Shown: piece by piece, positions 56,888-64,000 of the stretch | Layout of the letters: each line of letters opens with the position of its first letter | Position numbering within the stretch: position 1 is the first letter of the stretch | Source: an uncultured Spirochaetota bacterium | Lineage (GTDB): Bacteria; Spirochaetota; Brevinematia; Brevinematales; JAOACQ01 | Direction: 5' to 3' | DNA: 64,000 bases | Assembly: GCA_963768055.1 (NCBI GenBank) | Contig: CAVYGN010000002.1 | Location: forward strand, 224,001 to 288,000 | Translations under genes and position numbers: made by a program | Notes under the pieces: model-generated | What the model saw: the letters and a program-made list of their open reading frames with translations, nothing else | Database searches by the model: none | What the model was told of the DNA's origin: nothing

Positions 56888-58384
56888 ATGCAAAATAAAA
56901 AGATTATAATAATCGGCGCAGGTATAGCCGGTCTTTCTGCAGGATGCTACTCGGCAATGAACGGTTTTGAAACGCATATTTTCGAGGCGAATCATATTCC
57001 CGGCGGTTTATGCACGTCATGGAACAAGGGGAATTTTATCATTGACGGAAGCATCCATCATCTCGCGGGTTTAAATAAAAAAAGTTTATATTACAAAATC
57101 TGGGAAGAACTGGGAACAATGCCTGCTCCGGTCACATTTTTTAAAGACCTTTCCTCCGTTGAGACCCTTGACGGCATGAAATTTTATGTTTCAACCGATA
57201 TTGAAAAACTTAAAAGAGACATGCTCGATACAGCCCCTGAAGATAAAGAGACAATTTATAAATATTTTAAATTACTGTACAAATTTAAGAAAATGGACAT
57301 TCTTGAGGCGGGCCTCTGGGGTATCGGCGGTTTTATAAAAAACCTCGCAGGGTTCTTAAGCATTATGAAATACATGAAAGTCACCATGGCTTCCTTTGCC
57401 GATAACTTCAGTAATCCTTTTTTAAAAAAAGCTTTCCGGTTCATTCAGTATGACTGGCAGGATGTACCGATTCCTCTGCACGCGAATATAATGACCGGCT
57501 GCTACATGCAACGCTACGGCTGGTATAACGGCGGCTCGCTTGAATTCGCAAAAGCTATTGAGAAGAAATTTAAATCGCTTGGCGGCATGATTAACTACGG
57601 TACTAAAATCGAAAAAATAATTGCGGAAAACGGAAGAGCGGAAGCTTTTTTAACTTCAGATAAAACAAGAATAGAAGCCGATTATATCATCTCAAACAGC
57701 TTCGGATACAATACGATCTTTAACATGCTGGACGGCAGATATCTTTCCATAAGGGATAAGGAATTTTATAACAGGCCGGGCGATGACGCAAAAATGGGTT
57801 TGCAGGTATCTTTCGGTATAAACAGGGATATGAGAGACCAGCCGCATGCCGTTATTTTATTTCTTGATGGAAAGCTAAAAGCCGGTGGCAGGGATTTTGA
57901 CAGGCTCAATATTGAAATATTCAATTTCGATCAAAAAATCGCACCGGCAGGCAAGACAGTTATTAAAGTGATAATGGATACAGGCTTTAAATACTGGCGC
58001 GATCTATATAGAGAAAAAGACAACTACAAAAACGAAAAAGAAAAACTGGCAGAAGATATTTTAATGATCCTTGATAAAAAATATCCCGGCATAAAAAGCC
58101 AGGTAGAAATGACCGATGTGGCTACTCCTGTAACAACTGAAAGATTCACATCCAATGCAGAACCCTACGGGGCGCAGCTGGAAATGAAACCTTCCGATTT
58201 AATGAATTCCCTTTTCGGCAAACCTAAGAAACTGCCCGGCATTAAGAATTTATTTCTTGTCGGCCAGTCTGTGGGCGGAGCCGGTATTCCCGGATGCGCT
58301 TTAATGGGTAAAAACACTGTCAAAAATATTTGCATGCTTGAAAAAAGGAGATTCCGGGCAGACAGGCAGGGCAGGAATAAATGA
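56888..58384 (+). CDS. phytoene desaturase-like FAD-dependent oxidoreductase
   Basis: IIGAGIAGL, E....PGG.C.SW, DVATP.T.ERF, NL.LVGQ...G.G.P. Confidence 0.85.
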   Translation: MQNKKIIIIGAGIAGLSAGCYSAMNGFETHIFEANHIPGGLCTSWNKGNFIIDGSIHHLAGLNKKSLYYKIWEELGTMPAPVTFFKDLSSVETLDGMKFYVSTDIEKLKRDMLDTAPEDKETIYKYFKLLYKFKKMDILEAGLWGIGGFIKNLAGFLSIMKYMKVTMASFADNFSNPFLKKAFRFIQYDWQDVPIPLHANIMTGCYMQRYGWYNGGSLEFAKAIEKKFKSLGGMINYGTKIEKIIAENGRAEAFLTSDKTRIEADYIISNSFGYNTIFNMLDGRYLSIRDKEFYNRPGDDAKMGLQVSFGINRDMRDQPHAVILFLDGKLKAGGRDFDRLNIEIFNFDQKIAPAGKTVIKVIMDTGFKYWRDLYREKDNYKNEKEKLAEDILMILDKKYPGIKSQVEMTDVATPVTTERFTSNAEPYGAQLEMKPSDLMNSLFGKPKKLPGIKNLFLVGQSVGGAGIPGCALMGKNTVKNICMLEKRRFRADRQGRNK

Positions 58385-58845
58385 AGATCCCTATGAGAAG
58401 GCGGGACAGGAAATTATCAGATGAAGAAGCCATGGAAATACTCGGGAATGGGGAATACGGGATTCTCTCCTTCTGTTCAATGGCGGGAGAACCCTATGGA
58501 ATACCTCTAAATTACGCCCTCGACGATAAAAACATTTACTTCCATTGCGCGATGGAAGGTTCTAAAATAAATTTTCTTAATGCAAACAGCAGGGTTTCAT
58601 TTTGTGTTGTTGGAGAGACCGAAGTTCTCCCGTCTGATTTCAGCACAAGATATGAAAGCGTTATTGTTTCGGGTAATGCATCTTTTATCGGCGGAGATGA
58701 GAAAAAGAAGGCGCTTATTAAATTAGTCGAGAAATATTCTGCGGATTTTACCCGGGAAGGATTACAGCATATCAAAAAAAATTTTGATAGAACAGGAGTA
58801 TTTAAGTTAGAGATAGGATCGGTTTCTGGAAAATCGAAGAAATGA
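58381..58845 (+). CDS. pyridoxamine 5'-phosphate oxidase / NimA-like flavin-binding protein
   Basis: MRRRDR, PYGIPLNY, IYFHCA.EG.K, YESVIV.G, SGK. Confidence 0.88.
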   Translation: MKIPMRRRDRKLSDEEAMEILGNGEYGILSFCSMAGEPYGIPLNYALDDKNIYFHCAMEGSKINFLNANSRVSFCVVGETEVLPSDFSTRYESVIVSGNASFIGGDEKKKALIKLVEKYSADFTREGLQHIKKNFDRTGVFKLEIGSVSGKSKK

Positions 58846-58854
58846 GGTGTTTTC

Positions 58855-59256
58855 ATGAAAAATCGTAAGATCGATATTTTGTATTTAGGCATTTATATTT
58901 TATTATTCGCGGTTTTATTCAACCTGACAATAGATAATCCCTACCTGGAATTATTCAGGCGGTATTACTGGATAATAATAGCAGGATTGAGTTTTATATA
59001 CCCGTTTTTTAAACCTAAGAAACCGAATATTAAAAACATTATTTTAAGTTTCCTGGTTTTATCCGCCGTAACCATGATTCCTGAATGGATAGGCGATTTC
59101 ATATACTATATCTTTACAAGTTCCGCATATGAGACCATTCTTTTTTTTGAAATCTTCACCGCTCTCTCGATGGGCTCGTTAATAACAGGTTATATTACAG
59201 GGACATTGATCGCATTGATTTTTAAATATTTCATCACTCCCAATTCCAATAAATGA
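58855..59256 (+). CDS. hypothetical membrane protein
   Basis: 4 hydrophobic segments, GAGGTG RBS. Confidence 0.65.
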   Translation: MKNRKIDILYLGIYILLFAVLFNLTIDNPYLELFRRYYWIIIAGLSFIYPFFKPKKPNIKNIILSFLVLSAVTMIPEWIGDFIYYIFTSSAYETILFFEIFTALSMGSLITGYITGTLIALIFKYFITPNSNK

Positions 59257-59974
59257 TCTTAAAACCCCGCCCTTCTACAGCGATTGATGAAACGTAATTC
59301 ATATCATTTAATCTGACATCTTCTAATGACCACTGTCGGCCGGAAAATCTGCCGTCATGTATTTCAATCTTAGATTTGATGCCCGGGTTTGGAGAAACTG
59401 AAAAACTATTCAGCGGCATATTTAAACCCTCTCCAATCGCCTTTATTAATGCTTCCTTTCTGGTCCAGCATGTAAAAAATGCCCTTTTTCTTATGGCGGC
59501 CGGTAATTCAAAATATTCGTTTATTTCTTTATTCGAGAAAAATCTTTTAACGATCCTGTCGGAATCGGGCATATCTTTCATGTATTGGATATCGATGCCG
59601 ACTTCCCTGCCTCTTGTCAGCGCGTAAATAATATATTTTCCAGAATGGGATAAATTAAACCTGATATCGTTATTTTCCGGATTTTTTATGACCGGTTTTC
59701 CCTTTTTTTCCCTCGCAAAATAAATAGTTTTCGAATCAAGGTGAATATACCGGCTTAATATTAACCTTAAAATGCCATGTGTGATGATAAATCTCTTTTT
59801 ATCTTTATCGAAAATAAACCTTTTTGACCGTTCAAGCTCATTATTCGAAAGCAGGCCCGATAAATACTCGTGATTACAGGCTTCTTTTTCAATATCGACC
59901 AGCCATATATGTACGATTCCTTCATGGATCGTTAATTCCTCATCCGGTAAATTCCATAAATCTTTATTCGGCAT
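59234..59974 (-). CDS. Sfp-type 4'-phosphopantetheinyl transferase
   Basis: GKP, FNLSHSG, VGIDI, F...WTRKEA.IKA.GEG. Confidence 0.92.
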   Translation of the reverse strand: MPNKDLWNLPDEELTIHEGIVHIWLVDIEKEACNHEYLSGLLSNNELERSKRFIFDKDKKRFIITHGILRLILSRYIHLDSKTIYFAREKKGKPVIKNPENNDIRFNLSHSGKYIIYALTRGREVGIDIQYMKDMPDSDRIVKRFFSNKEINEYFELPAAIRKRAFFTCWTRKEALIKAIGEGLNMPLNSFSVSPNPGIKSKIEIHDGRFSGRQWSLEDVRLNDMNYVSSIAVEGRGFKIIYWNWE

Positions 59975-59989
59975 TTAATTTAAAATCTC

Positions 59990-60619
59990 TTATTTATCTC
60001 CGTTCTTGATTTCTTTTTTATCTTTATCGTATAATACGGTTTTTGTAATTTTTTCCTTTCCATAGGGATCTGTTACATAATAATCCTTGCGCATAGAGAT
60101 GCCGTTTTGATCGATGTAGCTGTTTATATAATAGTAGTCCCATTCCTCTACAAAGCCCTTGACAAGAAACATAACAGCCTTGTCGTAGCCTTTTTTATTG
60201 GCAAAATCCGGAGTGTAGAAATAATCGATCCGGATCTTCTGACCGTTCTCGTCAAAATATTCGTTGTGCTGGTTATATTTCTCCTTTTGGGCGAATTCGT
60301 CGGTATGGATAACATAAGCCGACGCAACTTTTCCCTTCTCACTGTAATACTCTATACGCTTGGTGAAACCTTTTTCTTTGGCGGCGGCTGGAAGGTAGTA
60401 ATATTCTACCTGCTTTATCTTTTTACCATAGTCGTAAAATATAACAGAACGCTCGATGCCGAATTTATTGTAAAATTCGTCGCCGTTCTGGTAGTTGAAT
60501 TCGACCGTCGCTCCTCCAAAATCGTTCTTATCGGTCAGTGTTCTGGAATTCTCGGCAAATCCTTTCAAGGAGATTGCCGCAAAGAGTATGATTATAGCGG
60601 CTGTCAATTTGCTTCTCAT
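59990..60619 (-). CDS. exported hypothetical protein with ~30-aa internal repeats
   Basis: Signal peptide, AGGAGG RBS, repeated units of I..V.Y.Y.P..A.KKG..K...Y....G. Confidence 0.8.
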   Translation of the reverse strand: MRSKLTAAIIILFAAISLKGFAENSRTLTDKNDFGGATVEFNYQNGDEFYNKFGIERSVIFYDYGKKIKQVEYYYLPAAAKEKGFTKRIEYYSEKGKVASAYVIHTDEFAQKEKYNQHNEYFDENGQKIRIDYFYTPDFANKKGYDKAVMFLVKGFVEEWDYYYINSYIDQNGISMRKDYYVTDPYGKEKITKTVLYDKDKKEIKNGDK

Positions 60620-60813
60620 GGCTTATCCTCCTATAGTTGCGCTCGTTACCCCTCCTATCCGAAAGGCCCGAAGGATAGAGCACCCTGAATAAATATAACA
60701 CGCTTTTTTTCTTTTGTAAATCAACCGGGGGACTTTACGCGGCGAAGACAATAAATACCAATTTGGTTGACAATATGCCCGAATCATTCTAAATTGATAT
60801 ATCCGGAGGGAAT

Positions 60814-63006
60814 GTGCCAGGCAAAAAAAACGGTCTTCAGCATGAACCTGCCCAAAGGGCTTTCGCAAGGCAGTTTATTAATGAGATCCGGGACGCATAC
60901 GCTTTATGCAAAATAGTAACCGATAAAAATATGAATCCCGTTGATTTCCGCATACTGGATTTCAATCCCGCATTTGAATTATTGACAGGATTGGACAGCA
61001 GCATACTTGCCGGGGAATGTCTTCTGGAATCCGATTTATCCTCCGATCCCTTCTGGAATCAGATATTTAAAAAAACGGCATCTGCGGTTAAGAACGCAGG
61101 ATTCGAGATTTATTCAAAAAAACTCGATAAACACTTCAGGATCACTGCGGCTGTGCCCGAAAAGGGGATTATCGCGCTTCTGCTCGAAGATATTACCGAC
61201 GTTAAATCGGTTGAAAGGGCTGCGATGGAAAAACTTAGTAAAAGCGAGGAAAAATTCCGCCTTCTTACCGAGAGAAGCAATGTTTTGATCTGTGAAATCG
61301 ATTCCGAAGGTATTTTTTTATATGTCAATCCCGCTTTTAAGGACATTCTCGGCTATGAACAGGAAGAGCTGATCGGCCGGTCGGCTTTTGAAATAGGATA
61401 TCCTCCAAGCTTCAGCAAAGCCTCAAAAAAATTGAAAGAGGCGGCTGAACGTAACAACAGGCAGGAAAACATCTGGAAGTTTAAAGACAAATCCGGAAAT
61501 TGGCATTGGCTTAACTGTTTTACAAAGACCAACATAAATTCTACCGGGGAAATACGCATTAACACGGTAGCGATCGATATAACAAAGCAGAAAAATGCCG
61601 AAGAAGAATTACATAGGCAGGAACAGGAATACAAGACCCTGGTGGAAAGCGTCCCGGACATCATCGCACGCTATGACAGGAATTTCAGGCATATTTTTGT
61701 AAACAAAGCGATTTTTTATGATACCGGGATCAGTCCGAAATCGCTCATCGGTAAAAACTTCAGGGAAATGAATATTAAATCGCAGAAATATATTGAAAAT
61801 GCGGAGGCTTTTCTGAGGGCTATTTTTGAAAAAGGGGAAGAGATGAATTCCGAGACTTTTTTACCCGGCAAGAAAGGCGCCCAGCATTATTTATCCAGGG
61901 GGATCCCCGAGTTCGGCCCTGACGGTTCGGTAGCTACCGCTCTGGTTATCAGCAGAAACATAACAGGCCGTAAAAAAGCCGAGAATGCTTTGAAAGAAAG
62001 CGAGAAGCGTTTTGAGACTGTTTTTCGCGACAGCCCCGTCTGCACAAGCCTCACCCGGCTGTCGGACGGCCGTTTCATAGACGTTAATGAAGCATTTTTA
62101 AGACTTTTCGGCTTCAACCGGAAAGAGGTGATCGGATGCGATCCGCTGACATTAAATATGTGGGCTGATCCGGAAGACCGGCTTAACATGGTCAAAGATC
62201 TCAATAAAAAAGGGAGATCGGAAAGTTTTGAAACGGTTTTCCGGACAAAATCGGGCGAATTGCGGAATGTTATAGTGAATTCTGAAGTGATCAATGTGGC
62301 CGGAGAATCAAATATTCTGGGCCTCACATTGGATATAACCGATCGTAAGATTGCCGAAAAGCAGATCAGGACCGCGCTTAAAGAGAAGGATGTGCTCCTG
62401 AGGGAACTTTACCACAGGACCAAAAACAACATGCAGGTGATCTGCTCCATGCTCAGTCTTTATTCGTCGGACAGCCCTGACCCGGTTTTAAAAAGGGCGT
62501 TTATGGATATGGTAAACCGGATACAATCCATGGCCCTTGTACACCAGAAACTTTACCATTCGCAGGATCTTTCAAGTATCAGCCTGAAAGAATATATAAT
62601 GGAGCTGGTTAAACTATTATTTTCAAGCTTCGATGTCGCACCGGGCATTATAAGTATTATTTATGAACTGGAAGATATATATTTACCGGTAGATTTAGCC
62701 ATACCCTGCGGCCTGATCATAAACGAACTTGTTACAAATTCACTCAAGCATGCCTTCCCCGGCGGCCGGAAGGGCCTGATCAGCATTATTTTAAAAAAAG
62801 AGGATGATAATATCATTCTTCAGATATCAGATAATGGTGCCGGTATACCCGAAGGCACCGATTTTAAAGTGAAAGCCGGCATGGGGATCAAGACAGTATT
62901 CAATTTAGCCGAAATGCAGCTCAAGGGCGAATTATCATATGAATCCCATAATGGAATTTCGTTCTGTATCCGCTTCGGCGAGCCGGCTCGTCAAAACTTT
63001 AAATAA
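60814..63006 (+). CDS. multi-PAS sensor histidine kinase (HisKA_2 type)
   Basis: Four PAS/PAC segments ending DIT..K, then ELYHRTKNNMQVI.S, NEL.TNSLKHAF, DNG.G. Confidence 0.92.
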   Translation: MPGKKNGLQHEPAQRAFARQFINEIRDAYALCKIVTDKNMNPVDFRILDFNPAFELLTGLDSSILAGECLLESDLSSDPFWNQIFKKTASAVKNAGFEIYSKKLDKHFRITAAVPEKGIIALLLEDITDVKSVERAAMEKLSKSEEKFRLLTERSNVLICEIDSEGIFLYVNPAFKDILGYEQEELIGRSAFEIGYPPSFSKASKKLKEAAERNNRQENIWKFKDKSGNWHWLNCFTKTNINSTGEIRINTVAIDITKQKNAEEELHRQEQEYKTLVESVPDIIARYDRNFRHIFVNKAIFYDTGISPKSLIGKNFREMNIKSQKYIENAEAFLRAIFEKGEEMNSETFLPGKKGAQHYLSRGIPEFGPDGSVATALVISRNITGRKKAENALKESEKRFETVFRDSPVCTSLTRLSDGRFIDVNEAFLRLFGFNRKEVIGCDPLTLNMWADPEDRLNMVKDLNKKGRSESFETVFRTKSGELRNVIVNSEVINVAGESNILGLTLDITDRKIAEKQIRTALKEKDVLLRELYHRTKNNMQVICSMLSLYSSDSPDPVLKRAFMDMVNRIQSMALVHQKLYHSQDLSSISLKEYIMELVKLLFSSFDVAPGIISIIYELEDIYLPVDLAIPCGLIINELVTNSLKHAFPGGRKGLISIILKKEDDNIILQISDNGAGIPEGTDFKVKAGMGIKTVFNLAEMQLKGELSYESHNGISFCIRFGEPARQNFK

Positions 63007-63361
63007 AAATAGAATCGACCACTTTCTCTTTCCTGCCGTTCCAGATATTTACGGCCCTGCAGAAAAGCTTGAAACTGAAGCCGCTGCCCCTGAGATTCAT
63101 GAAATATATGGAAAATGCCAGCATCTTGAGGGAATTCAGGTAGGAACGGATTCCCGGGCTGTTCTCCCTTATCCACCTGTATACAGCTGTGCAATCTTCA
63201 GGATCGATGCACTCGAGGCAGAGGCGTCTTTCGATTTCAATTTTCTGAATCCCTGCGTCAACTTTCATTGGAGAATTCCCTGTTTTAACAACTTTGTAAT
63301 ATTCTTTTACATAATTGTAAGTTTTATCATCTTTTTCAAGGAGACAGAATACTCCCTTCAT
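62999..63361 (-). CDS. hypothetical protein
   Basis: ATG 63361 after GGAG; contains CLEC. Confidence 0.5.
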   Translation of the reverse strand: MKGVFCLLEKDDKTYNYVKEYYKVVKTGNSPMKVDAGIQKIEIERRLCLECIDPEDCTAVYRWIRENSPGIRSYLNSLKMLAFSIYFMNLRGSGFSFKLFCRAVNIWNGRKEKVVDSIFI

Positions 63362-63482
63362 TTCCCGCTCCGATAATCTACTAAACAAATTATCGGCATT
63401 TCGTAAAAATTGTTGCAAAATCTAATGTTTGATAAGAATTAATATTAAATATATAATAAGTCCTCAAGCGAGGTGGTCCTCA

Positions 63483-64000
63483 ATGCTTTACCTTAAATTG
63501 TTTAATGTAACGATCTACGAATCCAATCTCAGCAACAGGTTATTTTCCGGAAAAGATTCCGACCCGATACTTGACGATATCAGCTTTAATATCGACAGGG
63601 GCGAGATCTTCGGGATCGTCGGACCGAGCGGCTGCGGTAAAACGGTTCTCCTGAAAACCATAGCCGGCCTTTTTTTCCCCGAAGAGGGGGAAATCTATAT
63701 CGACGGCGAGACGGTAACGAAAGCTAAACCATCAGAGCGGGGCGTATCTATGGTTTTCCAGGATTTCGTACTGTACCCTCATATGACAAATTTAAACAAC
63801 ATACGCTTTTCGGCGTCCGCAAACCCTATGAACCTGGAATCGGTTGCTCGGCTTCTGCATATTGAAGAAAAGAAGCTTCTCGATAAATTTCCCCGGTATA
63901 CCTCCCTGGGCGAGAGGCAGCGCGTATCTATAGGAAAAGCCCTGATCTCCCGCCCTAAAATCCTTCTGCTTGATGAACCCCTTTCAAACGTCGAGGACAG
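63483..64000 (+). CDS. ABC transporter ATP-binding protein (MalK-like, truncated by window edge)
   Basis: GPSGCGKT, MVFQDF.LYPHM, S.GERQRV, LLLDEPLSN; GAGGTGG RBS. Confidence 0.9.
   Translation, partial: MLYLKLFNVTIYESNLSNRLFSGKDSDPILDDISFNIDRGEIFGIVGPSGCGKTVLLKTIAGLFFPEEGEIYIDGETVTKAKPSERGVSMVFQDFVLYPHMTNLNNIRFSASANPMNLESVARLLHIEEKKLLDKFPRYTSLGERQRVSIGKALISRPKILLLDEPLSNVED

Overview
This 64 kb window looks like spirochaete chromosome: two tandem periplasmic-flagellar FlaB genes, a group-X ATP-PFK and CsgG/PEGA-type surface proteins. The order is not resolvable from sequence alone. About 1-25 kb is core genome: malic enzyme, pfk, a large TPR protein, recG, two flaB, an M48 peptidase, phoH-pgpH, murE, clpS, and a trpE-methyltransferase-trpGD-trpC operon under a classical Trp leader-peptide attenuator. 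About 25.5-40.6 kb and 51.6-64 kb are accessory patchworks of TetR modules, oxidoreductases, c-di-GMP/cNMP signalling genes, GH26 and ABC permeases, with four decayed genes. 40.7-51.6 kb carries ankyrin, sugar isomerase/kinase, mgtA-EIIA, purC, ilvC and dGTPase. No rRNA, tRNA, CRISPR array, transposase or prophage was seen. The most unusual signals are mostly non-coding. (i) A long hairpin repeat family at 1.1-1.7 kb and 49.9-50.4 kb shows compensatory base changes between copies. (ii) A 238-bp TIR-bounded, multi-helix element with a competing terminator-like hairpin lies upstream of the hypothetical-recG genes. (iii) The 5' and 3' flanks of the second flagellin are collinearly complementary around a CsrA-type site. 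(iv) On the coding side, mgtA is translationally coupled to a PTS EIIA-domain protein. All product calls come from recognising motifs by eye; no database searches were run.
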